A stretch of DNA of 64,000 nucleotides. It comes from Perkinsus olseni (lineage: Eukaryota). The notes beneath the pieces were generated by a model. That model was given only the letters and a program-made list of their open reading frames with translations. It made no database searches and was not told the DNA's origin. Each line of letters begins with the position of its first letter. The stretch's first letter is position 1. A program made the position numbers and the translations under genes. Shown piece after piece: positions 13,710 to 28,965 of the stretch. Where the stretch lies: contig JABANN010000039.1 of NCBI GenBank assembly GCA_013115125.1, positions 1 through 64,000 on the forward strand, given 5' to 3'.

Positions 13710-14399
13710 CTACCACACGAAGCCATGCGCAGGGCCACCACCATGTGGACCCGCTATATTGTCAACAAGATCAGTTGGCCAGCTCATCTTACCGGGAAGA
13801 ACAGGATCCTTTCGCGAGTACTCAATAGGCACCACTTCCGGATTATACGCTGGTGGGGGATTCATAACGTCACACTGAAGTGTAGCTTGCTCGCAGCGAC
13901 GCAGGCTTGTACTGTCCTCACTCCTCCCCACGGTCAGCGGTCCATCCCTCCGTGATAGGGTGAAATGCATGAGTACAGCCAAAAAGGCCGATACTATGCA
14001 AAAGACCATCGTCGTTCTGCCCTCCCCACCCTCAACCTGGATGATCTCCTCGAGCTTCCCTGCAGCCAAGGGCTCTCGAAAGACGTTGCTCATCTTCCTA
14101 ACCCCCGTGCTGAGATCATTGATACGACTGAGAAGGTCGAGGTACTGGTCATCCACCCGGGAGACTAAGTCTTTCTGGTCCTTCACCACCTCATGGACTG
14201 CCGACTGTAGAGCCTTGAGGACCTCCCGATCGATGGAGACTGTTTGACTACTCCTCGCTACGACGTCGACTAGCCAGGTCACGAGCATCATGCCCATGAA
14301 GAGTAAAGCCCATGTTGATGCGATTGCTCGGAAAGTCGGCCGCTGAGGAGGAGAAGGCTCTTCCGCGTGGAAGCCCAACCGAGGCACATTAAGTGACAT
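13710..14399 (-). CDS. Hypothetical membrane protein (TM, coiled coil, TM); probably part of a spliced gene
   Basis: 229-aa ORF with hydrophobic segments 'WALLFMGMMLVTWLV' and 'MVFCIVSAFLAVLMHF' flanking a heptad-like helical region. Confidence 0.45.
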   Translation of the reverse strand: MSLNVPRLGFHAEEPSPPQRPTFRAIASTWALLFMGMMLVTWLVDVVARSSQTVSIDREVLKALQSAVHEVVKDQKDLVSRVDDQYLDLLSRINDLSTGVRKMSNVFREPLAAGKLEEIIQVEGGEGRTTMVFCIVSAFLAVLMHFTLSRRDGPLTVGRSEDSTSLRRCEQATLQCDVMNPPPAYNPEVVPIEYSRKDPVLPGKMSWPTDLVDNIAGPHGGGPAHGFVW

Positions 14400-16949
14400 A
14401 ACGAACTATGGCTGGAAATAGCATCAATTAACGGAACCAGATACCTGACGATTCCTGTAGAGTCCCGCTCACAACAAGAGAAGGAAGAACCCAAACACAA
14501 GCATGCTATGGTGGCAGCACTCCTTGCCATGTAAAGCACAGCACGTGTAGGTTGGAGTGGTATCAAATCAATGGTAGGGGTAGAACTCTCTGAACTTATC
14601 ATCGGGATAACCAATGTAAACATACCCCGCAGGGGCCCGTCTCTCCTCATGATGGATCTGAGTAGGATACCTCACGTACAACAGCAGCGGTCGGCTTAGA
14701 AGGAAGCTGGGAGCAGACGACCCACCAGTCTCCTTCCCCGAGCCCCGTTATAAAACGGTTGGCCGTACTCGCCATTATGCGTCCGGTACATCGGGAGCTT
14801 GTCGAATGCCCAGGCGGCTCTAGCATAGGCCTCGCTTGATGAACAGCTCAGAGGGGCGGAGGAATTAGTGTTGGTACTGGGTGAAGGTAGCCCTCAGTCT
14901 AGGGAATCCAAGGTTGACGAGCGTACCTCTTATGAGTTGACCGAGATTTCACCGTGTAGAGAGTGCTTTTGGATCTGCTACTCCGACTGCTACTACTGCC
15001 ACAACGGGATGACCTCGAGGCCGCCCTAATGGACCTGGACTAGGCCTCCCACGCAGCCCCCAACCACCGTCCTCTCACCTAGGGGTCGAAGCAACCCTCT
15101 CTCGGTAGCGAGATGGTTGTATCCATGGATGAGGGGGAAGCGGCCTGGCAGAGCGGACCAACTAGCCAGAATCCCCCGTTTTAGAGCCATCCACTTCCCG
15201 AACGCTTTTGTATCCCGAAAAGCGGGTTCCATCCTGTGCCGCCGCGCTCCTGTATTCCGGTAGAAGGCGCTCACTCGGTCCCCTAAGAAGCATGCCTCAA
15301 CGGACATACAGCTCAAGCCAGCCGGGGTGGTGCTACCGTCTGCCCCTGCTGGTCGCCAACGCGTTAGTGTAGCTTGGCAGCTGCCAACCTCATGGCTGTT
15401 GCACGGAACATACTGGCCGACTAAGGAGAGCATGGTAGTCAACGCAGAACCGCAGTATCTCCCAAGTCCTACTCGTGTTGGAGCTTTTACCGAACGCCCT
15501 GACCTCGGGAGCCCCCATAGGACCGTTAACAGCGTAAGCCGTCTAAGAACACTCCACTCCAGAGCAGTCATTGACCGTGCCGATTCACCTGCGTGCCACG
15601 CCAGTCTACCGGCCCAGGCAGAGGCTTGCCAGCTCCTCTGGGAGGCCTTCGGTAGGTCGGACCTCTCGGCGCTATCAACGGCAGCATGCTGTGAACTGCA
15701 GTAAAAAGCTGGCAGCGGATCCTCGCCATCCCAGCCCCTTAGCCGCCACGCAATTCGCCAAGACATGACAGAAACTCTTGAGGTCAGATCCGGTCGCCGG
15801 GATCGACCCTGGTAAGGACAAAAACAGCATCATCAAGCGGCAGAATGGGAGCACTGACAGGACCCGTACAGAGGTACGGACATCGAGTGAAGGCCGCCAG
15901 CTCGAACAGACCGGTAGGAGCTACATACTCCGACCTGATATATTCCGGGTGCCGGAACGGGTGCGAGTCTCGCACTGCGAACGCAGTCGGGGAGCCTTAC
16001 CAGAAAGATCTTGCTGCTTCCTCGAAGGACGCGTTGCGGGACAGGACCTGATAGAGGACAATACTCATCCACCACCCATGAACGCTACGGTGCCTCCGAA
16101 TGAACTGAACTCAGACTAAGAAGCGTGCTTTCTCTTAGGCAAAATCAAATACTTATCGTTCCTCGCGGCCTAATGCGAGTTTGAAGTCTGACAGGGTATA
16201 GATTTTATCACGAAACATAGCATGTTTACTCAAAACAGTCATATTCGAAACGGTTGCTGGTATACGGTCAAGAATGCTCCAATACCGTTCAATCGGGTTT
16301 ATATTCGGCGAGTTCAGGAGCGAACTCATGAGCTTTCTGCCGGTGACACCGGCCCGGTGTCCCGGTGTGTAAAACCTTTTGTAAGAAAGGAAAAGACTTC
16401 TTTCTCAACTTGAGAAGGTGAGAATCTCCTTGAGAATCTCAAGGAAATCCCTGGTAAACTTGCTGACGTGGGACGGAGCAATATCTTGCATGAATACCGG
16501 GCAACCCTCCTTCGGGCGACCTCCCAGGCTTCCGATACCACGGGAAGAAGCATCTGTCGAGGAGGTCAGTGTACCCGCATCGTTCACTAGTAAGCCTTGA
16601 GACCTTGACACCCTCAGGGTGTCACCCTGCGAACACTTCGTTCATAGCATTACGGCGCATCCCCTCGAATCACGACTCCACGTTCGGCTACATGCCTTCC
16701 TCAGCAACAAGTGGTCCCGAAGGGTAACGTTTCGCAGTAACGTAACTTGCGGAAAAGGGAGGCCGGTGACTGGCTGCAAACCACTGACCAGAGTAGCGGG
16801 GTCTGAAATTAACGTGCGGCGTGACCAGCAGCCACGGCGAAACCGGCCTCGCATCCACCGACATGAGGCAGGAACCTTGCCAGAGCGACGGTTGACCGCG
16901 CCGGTCACCTGCTGGATTGGCCATACGGGAGCCACACCCTAGGCGGAGT

Positions 16950-17258
16950 AACGCCGATACTGCCGACTCTCATGATCTTCCCTATACCCTTAAGCATCTT
17001 GCACCTGGTATTTGCGCTTTCTCTCCTCACCACGGTCATCGAGCAACTCCCCCTCGACTTTCCTATTCTCTATGACGTAGCGGACTTCTTATACTACCCA
17101 CGCCTCCTCTGGTAAACCTTTGAAGGGTCGTCCAAGTGTTCCTCAATAGTAATGGTGGTCCCTTCCGAGCTCCTTCGCCATTCGAGGCTCTTAGCCCTTT
17201 CAAGCCTCTTAACTATGACGGCTCTCTCGGTGTCGGTGAGGCGCAATTTCTGTGGCAC
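16950..17258 (-). mobile_element. Degraded Tc1/mariner (Tc3-like) transposase N-terminal fragment
   Basis: Manual translation VPQKLRLTDTERAVIVKRLEKG*..MAKELGRDH/TIEEHLDDPSKVYQRRRG resembles the Tc3 paired-like HTH (LSDTERAQ...LKDP..Y); it has stops and a frameshift. Confidence 0.6.
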
Positions 17259-17559
17259 AGTAACGAGATGAAATGTGTTGCCTAAGAAATCTACACGGTC
17301 CGAGGGAGCGATTCTTCCTCTCGCCTAGATATATCAGTATGCACGCTGCTCACTCCCTCGTGCTCTCGTCTGAGCCTGACCACATCTCAGCGGAGCAATT
17401 TTGGTTCTGCAGGGCAGGGAGTAGTCAAAATAGAGATCATAACGGAAATTAGTCTGCCGAGCACCAAGTTTTATGCAACGTACACAACTCCCATACTGTG
17501 AGTGATACCACTTCACATCGGGCACTACAATACTAGGAGGCCATGCTACTAAAGAGGAT

Positions 17560-18500
17560 TATCTCAGGTATCTAGTTCCGAGCTTACTAGTCGCTCCTGC
17601 CCTTGCTCCTTGTGATCGTTCCGTAAAGCATCTAGTTGAGCCAGAGGTAGGGGGAGAGATATTGCCACCGTTCCCCCAGGGACCACCTATCAGTGGTCCC
17701 AGCACGCAGTCAAGGCGGGCGGGATGGACCACGGGGCTCACCAGCTCTGCTATGCGTCCAAGTAGTTTCCTAGGGGACTTGCACCTGCCGAGCAAACCTT
17801 CGGAGAGGGCAAGGAAGTTGTGGGGATTCTCACCTGTCCAAAACATTAAGACAGAATACGGCGTCGAATTGGCGGTGGTCAGGAGAGACCTCGGCCAACG
17901 TAGGATCCAAAGTACGGACTGCACGGATACCTTTCTGTCGCAGACGACGGCACATCCTGAAGGATTTTGAAACGGTCAAACTCGCCATGTGCGGTACGGT
18001 ATGATGCTTTCGCTGACATCCCACGTGGTGAGGTGGCCACGGGAGCTACAGCCCTACATTTTTGAGACTTCAGTAGCAGTCACACCACCGGTGTGGAAGA
18101 TATTCATGAATTGGGCGGTAAGGTCTCCACAGCCGGCCCCAATGTCGAGACACCTGTAGTGCCTCATAAGACCTTCAAGGTCCAGCGCACTCGCCTCCAA
18201 AACCCTCCGCCATTGGCCTGGAGTAGAGGCAATATGTAATGCTACTTATAATCTCAGCCTCGGGATGGATACGGAATAAACGTATTGGCGACGTAGCCGA
18301 CAGACGAGGCAATCCACCCACCCTCGCTGAGCATGAAGAGCCTTGGACGCTGGAGGACTGCCTGGACCTGCGAACCGCCCTGTGGCCCAGCTGGAGTAGG
18401 TATTGTGTGGAGGTAGTACATCGTAGTGATAGATGCAGGGACAAAGCGATAGTGTGGAGATCCAAGTAAAGCAACGGTAGAGTAATGATACTGCCGAGCT
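17560..18500 (-). CDS. METTL9: DREV/METTL9-like SAM-dependent methyltransferase, multi-exon; ends approximate
   Basis: Exons encode 'RCLDIGAGCGDLT...VTATEVS', 'MCRRLRQKG' and 'FDAVFCLNVLDR-CKSPRKLL', matching METTL9 motif I and the CLN(L/V)LDRC motif. Confidence 0.75.
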
Positions 18501-19753
18501 GAAGATCAGGAAGAGACCTGTGGGGGGCGGGGGGCTCCCGCCGATAGCGGCGCCGAACGATAGATAAAATTACTAGATAGTTGCAGCCTCGGGCCAAACG
18601 ATGAAAGCAGTAGTAATGCGTGCAACAGGAACTAGCGAGCACCCCACTATCGGCAGGGCAACACGTCCTGGTACCGCCAGTCGCATGCCCAAAGCGGTTG
18701 ATAATATAAAACTTTGTGAAATGAGTGGTATCGGTCCTAGCGCTGTGGCTACCGCTTCCACTGCCCGTCACCTCACCTCTCAGGATTCCTCACATGCCGA
18801 GTGATGAAGTCACATAGCTCGTCATCATCAGCACTCAGAGGTACCTGAGCGCCTACGGATGCTCGGAGGAACGGTTCGCTCGGAAAGCCACTATGACACC
18901 ATCCCCGGGACGTTAGAGCTCTCCCCACCCATTTCTCAGCAAGATCGCCTCCCAATGCATCAACCTCTACTGCGTATCGCAAGCGTATCCTCATAGTATT
19001 GTAATCTAGGCCAGGATAGGCCGAGGGTAGTCCATCAGCGTTCGCCCGTCTGTAGGGTAGCGGATCATCGTCTATCACCAAGGGGCCTGCCGTAGAACAG
19101 TCGTAAGGGCTCCATAATACGGGGTCACGCCCCTTACGCGTCGCCAAGGCAAGCATTTGCCGAAAATAATCCCCTCGAGCCGTCATGGTACGTTCTGACA
19201 AAGTCCCACTTAATGACCCCCCACTACACGGTTACCAACCCAAGACTGATGGTGATGCTCACAACAGCATTTTGGTAAACATAATAGTACACCATGCTAC
19301 GCTGGCACGACCTTTTGAAGGCTCCCGCTCTTCCCAGGCGCCCCCTGAGATGAAGGGTTGCTATGACCGCAGATGCCCAGCATCCTCAGCAGCCGAACTA
19401 TAGGGGCAACATCGTCCTGCTTCTTAAGTCTCGAAGTGTGGGACGCAATAGGGAGCTTCAACACTGGCCTATTAGAGTTTAGGTCCAGCAGCGCGGGGAT
19501 ATCTGGGCAACGGGCGAGATGACAACCCACCAGCAGCAGCGGCACCGAGGCGGTAGGAAGGGTATCACGGAATTTAGCAGTAGGAATTACCTTCACTTCC
19601 ACCGACATCCTGACCAGCCATATCAGTAGGATAGTCAACCACTAACCGGACCTAACCGAACCATCTTCTCATCTGCAACCTCTATTTTGCGAGTGAACGC
19701 TGCATCGTGACAATCCGGAAATCCTATTGACCTGTTTTCGAGTGGGAAGAAAA

Positions 19754-19847
19754 TGGGGGACCAGGATTCGAACCCGGGACCAATCGGTGAGTGGCATTAC
19801 CGGCTCCTTATATCCATATATCGGTTTAACCACTTTAGTATTCCTCA
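19754..19847 (-). pseudogene. tRNA-like element (intact T-arm/B-box, degenerate remainder)
   Basis: 3' part GGTCCCGGGTTCGAATCCTGGTCCCCCA-TTTT; A-box-like TACTAAAGTGG; no proper anticodon arm and a mismatched acceptor stem. Confidence 0.5.
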
Positions 19848-21304
19848 AAGCCTTCTTGATAAACTCATCGCCCCTGTACAGGAACCTCCGCCTCTCTCGC
19901 GACTTCTTGATCTTGTGACACTGCCGAGGAAGGCAACTCTTGCAAGGACCGTCCCCAACGGCCGGGGGACCCCAAAGTTTTATGGATTGCGGAGCGAGAA
20001 TGCTTACTGATATATCCCCTTTAGTCGCGTACTGCGCTAACCGCTCGCCTAGGTCCTTCGGCTTGTCTTCTCTAAGATAAGGAATTCATCGACCACTACT
20101 ACTCCCGTTCAGTGCGGTGATCGGAACAGTGTGCGCGGAGAGGGAACAAAAGAAGACATTCATAGGCGGTCCTCTTACTTGGAGCCTTTGGCAGCACTTC
20201 GACCATGGCCCGCCCTTGGAGCTATGGCAGCCTCCTGCAAGTTGCTGTAATTTCCGTTATTAACAAGGGGCGCCCTGAGGGGAGGCCTACCCACAGACGA
20301 GCAACAAGCACAGGCTGGTCACTCACCCTCCTAGGATATCAGGCTTCCTAACGCCGGATTGGTGGAGTCGCTGAAAGGACGTCCCTTTACTCGGAATGGG
20401 ATGGCCATGAGGACTACTCACCACATCATCCCTCTGAGCATGGCCGGGTATCCACCCGGGCGTATTGATGAACTGGGGCCCTCCTTTAACGGTCTTCCTC
20501 TGATGGAAGAACTCAAGACTCATTTCCGTGTCTTGTCTTGATCCTCGTCTAGGACGATCGACCTGACTGCTTTGACGACCCGCTTGCTGAGGCATCCGAT
20601 TTAGTTCATGAAAAAGGCAAGTAACCTGCAAGTATCCCCAAGGCGTACCATACCTGGTGTGCGACTGAAGCAAGGATCGCGGTATTCCAGTAGCGCCCAT
20701 CGGGACTTCTAATGTTCACACATGTCCCCTTCGCTGATGCAACAGTTCTGTTATGAATGGCCGCCAAGAAGCAACGCCACAGCCTGCCGAGCAAGATTTG
20801 TAGACCATTTCCGGACTGCCTGGGGAACTCCGAGAGAGCAAGATGGCGCAAGAATCCGAGGAATCGGATCGCCGAGTTCAAGTCAGTGTGCCGGCCGAAG
20901 GCTGGACTGCTCACACTTCTGCTCAGGGAAAGCAGCTCCTCCCTCATTTTTAATGGGAGTAGCATACTCGAGTTGCACTCCACCTTGTTAATTGCCCATT
21001 TTCAGTAGGGGTGGCGTTGTGTTGGGAAGTTACCTCTGGTGGGGCACTGTGAGTCGATGCCAAGGGTCGGGGGACGCCAACACTAAGGCGTAGTATCTTC
21101 GTGGAGGGCAGCCCTATCACCCTCTTCATATGCATAGTCATGGCGTACTTAATCGGTACGAAAAGTCTTGGCATTCCGGTGGTCTTCGATGAACTGATTA
21201 TGATACTCAGAATTGACTCTGGAACCGCCTTTTACGTGTACAAAGCAAATCCAGAATCATTTTACTGCAAAAGGGGTCTCTAATCACCATCAGTTGTGAT
21301 CGTG

Positions 21305-24082
<2,778 letters not shown>

Positions 24083-24686
24083 GGATCGAGAATCCCTCGG
24101 AGTCGGATGGTCATGAGGTGCCGGAGGTGAGCACGGGTTGTCTCCATCTCTAGCATCCCTCACAAGCCTGCACCGTCCCTTCACTGCAGACGTCCTTGGC
24201 GGTCATAGCGGAGGTCTATTCTCCACGACCCAAGCCCACCGACCTCTCTCCGAGACACGAGACGAAGAACGACATTACGGCATTTGCACCACTCTAGGTC
24301 ATCTTCCTCATGGTACAGCTGGAGTCTTGTTCGGCTCGCGAATGAGTGGATGAGCAGAAATTGTGTCTCCAAAATACGGTCAGCGTTGTTGAGTGCTCAA
24401 TGGGGGTGAATTCCTGTGCCATACAATGCTAGTACTAGGCTTAGTTGCGCTAGATATGCCCATTGTTCACTCTATTACTAAGTTGAGTATCCAAACCTAT
24501 CATTCAAGTTGCCTCTTGTGCTGCAAGCCCGTAATCGTCATCGTGTGCGGAGTAAGCTGGAGTCGTCGGTGAGATGGCAGACCTAGGAGTAGTTTACGCC
24601 GCCCAAAAAGGCAATAGGGACGTCGTTATTCTCACGGGCAAGTTTGACGAGGGGGTAGCGTTGGTAGGTGCATTGGCTTTGTATCA

Positions 24687-25590
24687 ATGACCACCCTATG
24701 CGATCGCGCCGAGCTGAGACGGGCTACGAGCAGCGTCCTTCACTATGTCGCCAGCAAGATGAGGGGTATGCCCGAAGACTGCCTGTCTGAGGTATGGACT
24801 ATGGCGCACCCACAGGTCGAGGGGCTGGAGAGGGCTAGCAGGGTCTGCGTGTCCGCTCAAGAAGGGGATGGGTCTCCAGCACTCGACGGTGAGGTTTTGG
24901 ACCTGCGCACTAGGACTCATCGCCAAGACACATCAAGCGATAGTTTCTTCTGGAGACTCGATTACGAGGAAGAATCACTGAACTTGGTCTTTGCGGAGGG
25001 TCCAGGAGGTGGTGCCATTTGTGTTCGCACTACGGAGGAGTTCCTATACGTATTGAGCCGTGTGGATGGCTACTATCGCTTTCCACGGTCCCTTGGTTTC
25101 ATTCGAGAAGGATATGGTCTTTCCGAAAAACATCGCTTCTCACTGCGGCCGTGGTCTGGGGACGATCGAAGGAGGAATCATATATCCTCCGCTACCAGTT
25201 GCGTCAACGCCTGCATCTACGCGACCACAACTGACTTGGACAGAGACGGTCTCTGAGAGACCGAAGCGACATTTTGGTGGAAATCGATGTTGGACACGAT
25301 ATTGGGCGATTCAGGACCGTAGGTTGTGGGGATTTGTATTCTGTTTCAGCGGCGATGCTGATTGGTGGGGCTTCCCTATTCTGGCTGGATGGTGAGGATC
25401 CCTCTAATGCATAAAAGTGGACCCGTGGCCTTGGTGGCCTTGGCTCCAAGGACAGCTGCACCCCCTTCCTTCAGCATCATGGAGTACAGTTCACAACCCT
25501 CACCGTGAGTAACCAGGTCGCCTGGCTCGGCGTCTGGATGCTGCAACAAGAGAGGTACGTGGACCTCATCACAGAGACCAGCCTTGCCGT
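24687..25590 (+). pseudogene. Tandem family copy A (MTTL..RAELRRV family), disrupted
   Basis: Homologous to the other copies; a 14-bp insertion at 25248-25261 shifts frame, TAA at 25412-25414, 3' end truncated. Confidence 0.85.
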
Positions 25591-26595
25591 CATCATATGC
25601 CATGACTGAGGCTCAACAAGGGATGAGGGTGTTGTAGCAGCTCACACAAGAGCGTAATCTATGGTGATTCCATATCGAGCATGTTTGGGGAATCGCGCAA
25701 GACCCTTGCGGCAAGAGAGCAAGGGGATCGAGTAAAAGAGCAAGTGACCAAGGTATTGGTCAACATCCAAAGTGCGTCAGAGGCTTATGACCTCTACGCG
25801 GCGTAGACTACGCCAAGGCCACACGCGCGCTCATTGTTAGCGAGTGGTTTTGTGGATTTTCTGAGCTCGGGTCCGGATTTCCTGGAGTTCAAAGACCCTG
25901 AAAACTTTTTGAACTTGGAACTCGGAAAGCTCAACACTTCAATCGAGAAGTTGTTTTACTCGGAACCGAGTAACACGATTTCCGAGCCCGGAAAGAAGCT
26001 AGGATTTTTGAACACATCACGCGACAGTTCTAATAGAGCTCTTTAGTTAGAAGAATAAAGAAGAAACACTGTGAGGGTGATTCCGGGAGAATCTGTCCCT
26101 TGGGGACTATCAAATCTTCTCGTTCTTCTTCGGCGTGGAACCTCTGACTGAGCAGGGCATGTGTCAGGTGCCTCTTGAGGACAAGTAAGGGAACAACGCC
26201 GACCCGTCTGCCATTGCACCGGAGTGCTGGGTGTGCGAACATGCATGCACGCTCGACGAGAGTCCCTCGTGCGTTACTGCTTGGTGACTGAGCAGTCCCT
26301 CGATTACTAGGTTGAGGCCTCCGAAACTCGAGCTCAATCCGCTACTGTTGAACTCAACCAATGAGGCATGGGGATCATTCCTAGTCCATAAAATTGACTA
26401 GTATCAACGGAGGTCCTCTATCAGAGGACGGGAATAAAAAATATCGCGATGGGTACTGACACAGACTGTGGCCCACAGTACTACTATGTGGAGGGCCACA
26501 CGTAAAGTCATGGAAAGGGTCGTCCAAGAATGAAAATGATACAACGTTCGGTCAAGAATTGAAGGCATCGGTCATCGTTTAACTGATCACACATA

Positions 26596-27039
26596 TCATC
26601 TCTGAAGCTGATACAGGTCCACTCCAGTAGAGGCAGTTGGGACGTGGAGATACTGATATCCATTCTCAATATAGCAACCAGTCATGAAATACTTGTCATA
26701 ATACCCGGCCGAATCCTCCACGATTTGGTCACATGGAGGGTTCAGCGTCACGGTGAAGTCTCGTGCACCGCTGCCCTGGTTAAGTGTATATCCACAATCG
26801 TATAGGGCTTTCTTTAGATGGCCTTTATAGGGAGTTATGTACACCCTTCCGCCCTGCTGGCGAGTGAACTTGAACTGCAGGATATCTGGCTCACCAGTGG
26901 TAGAGGAATAGAAGGTGTAGGTTTTATCGACCGGAGATCCCAGTCCACCCGAAGAATCCTCATTGTCACCGCGAAATACCTCAGGGCCGCATTGAGCGAC
27001 AACGAAGATGAAGCACAGACCAGTTAGATGGAGGTACAT
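26596..27039 (-). CDS. Intronless small putative secreted protein (147 aa)
   Basis: Signal-peptide-like MYLHLTGLCFIFVVAQC; a paralogous sequence lies at 28547-28818. Confidence 0.7.
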   Translation of the reverse strand: MYLHLTGLCFIFVVAQCGPEVFRGDNEDSSGGLGSPVDKTYTFYSSTTGEPDILQFKFTRQQGGRVYITPYKGHLKKALYDCGYTLNQGSGARDFTVTLNPPCDQIVEDSAGYYDKYFMTGCYIENGYQYLHVPTASTGVDLYQLQR

Positions 27040-28546
27040 AGGGGTAATCTCAAGTTGAAACTGTAGTGGTCAATGCTTTAATACGATGAGAGAACTATCG
27101 CTCCATCAATGAGGAGGGCGACGTAGCTTCGCAATCTTAGCTTAAGACTGTATCGCTACTTGGTGTCTCCGACGTAGCGTGTCCCGAAATAGGGATTGCC
27201 ATTTAAGTGTATTTTGGTCCGTGCACCTTATTTCTGAGTAGTCAACAACTTCTTTTCGATGCAATCGACAATCGGCCGGACCGCGAGAACTGAAAGTTCA
27301 GCGTGCCTATTATGCTCACTAGCGAAGTCTTTACTGTTCGTCGTTGTGCGAGCCTTGCCATTCTGTGCGGAGCCCTGCTGAACTCGGTCTTCCGCGCAGG
27401 CATGCCCGCCCAGTTCAGGAGTTGGTCTTCGACCAGAAATGCATCAGACACTGCCCGTTCTTCCGTGGCGGACTAGACATTGGCTCTCCGACCCTCTCTT
27501 TAACATTTATCGGGGATCACACTGATGACTCAGTCGTCGGCGCCGGACGACTGGACTTGTGTATCCTCAGCTTTTTGCACTACTCCCAGTGTGCGAGCCT
27601 GTGCGTCTGCGTGGCTACCGTCTGCGTCTGCGTACCCAAGGAGAAGAACTAGGATCCTTCCGACACCTTACGTTGTGTTGAACAGAGCCGCACAGTGCCA
27701 TAGAAACTGTGTCCCAGGGGGACTGCCGCTACCTCGCGGTCCGAGGCTCGGACACACCTATCATCCGGCCATTCCTTTGCCTCAGAGGAATATATGAATG
27801 GCCTGACCCGGGGGCTCTGAGGTATGCTCTGCTGGATTGCATTACCGAGGAATGTTGAATTCCCTGCCGTGGTGGGCCACCGCTGGTCGCCCGATAGCCT
27901 AGTAGGCTAAGCCTACTCAGCCAGCGCGAGAGGCATCATTGATGCCGCATCAATCTACATATATGCTCAGTGATGTTCGTAACTCATCAGCAATCTGATG
28001 CAGGCTGCATCATGCAGCTGGTCGACCTCATTTTACCATTATCATCCCTTGATTTGTGCTTCAAATTGTAGCCTACAGTAGCCCTACGGTAAGATCCATA
28101 CTCGATGATGGTTGAGTTGCCATGAAGTGGGCCCCATCGATACGTGAAGAGTACCGTCAGAAAAAGAGCGTTACCGTCGTTAGAGTACTATCATGTAAAA
28201 AGCTCGACTCTGTTATTGGCCGGATTCTGAGTCTTCAGAACCTGACCGTCAGAATGTGCCGGTCGCGGATCGTCCGACAGATATCCGATATGCCTGAAAA
28301 CTGAGACGGTCTAACGTAGACAGGACTCCGCACGGAGGCCGTCTTGCTCCCCACAACGACGAGCGGCGATGAGCTGAAGCATGAGCACGATGTACAAGTT
28401 CATATGCTACTCCCGGGGTCCCCGGACCGGGGACATCGTTCTCACCCCCCGAGTTTGAATGACGCAGCTCTGCCACACTGCTCAATGGCGTGTCCTTCCG
28501 TCGTATTAAGGAGTCCACCATTTCAGCTCAGCTTCACATTCACTCT

Positions 28547-28818
28547 ATGTACCTCCACCTAACTGGTCGGTACTTCATCTTCATCGCCGCTCAGTGCGAA
28601 TCTTATTGTGCGATTCCGAGGTATTTCGCGGTGACAATGAGGATCCTTCTGGTGGACTGGGATCTCTCATCGATAAAGCCTACACCTATTATTCCTCTTC
28701 CTGTGGCGAGCCAGATATCCTGCAATTCAAGTTCACGCGCAAGCGGGGCGGTAGGATTTACATAACTCCCTATAAAGGCCACCTACTTAAAGGTGAATAT
28801 AATTGTGGATACGAGAGT
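28547..28818 (+). pseudogene. Frameshifted, truncated paralog of the 26596-27039 gene, in inverted orientation
   Basis: MYLHLTGRYFIFIAAQC / EVFRGDNEDPSGGLGSLIDKAYTYYSSSCGEPDILQFKFTR, split across two frames. Confidence 0.85.
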
Positions 28819-28965
28819 TATCCCGAGGATGATTGTCAGTCAAGACAGGCCACCTCCTCCTCCTCACCGTCCTGTCCCTGCGCAAGCTTACGTACCCTCA
28901 GGTCCTCAGTTTCATCTGTGACCATTATTTCCTTCGTACAGTAGTCGATAACGACTTTGTTGCTG
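28819..28965 (+). pseudogene. Duplicated fragment of the MTHFR 3' region (source 23760-23903), including its intron
   Basis: High nucleotide similarity: cccgagga.gat..tcagtcaagacagg.cacctcctcctc...cgtaccctcaggtcctcagttt...gtacagtagtcgataacgactttgttgctg. Confidence 0.9.

Noticed and set aside
14768-14776. Retrotransposon primer-binding site (TGGCGAG on the minus strand)
   Set aside because: No adjacent LTR end; it reads equally well as ordinary exon sequence.
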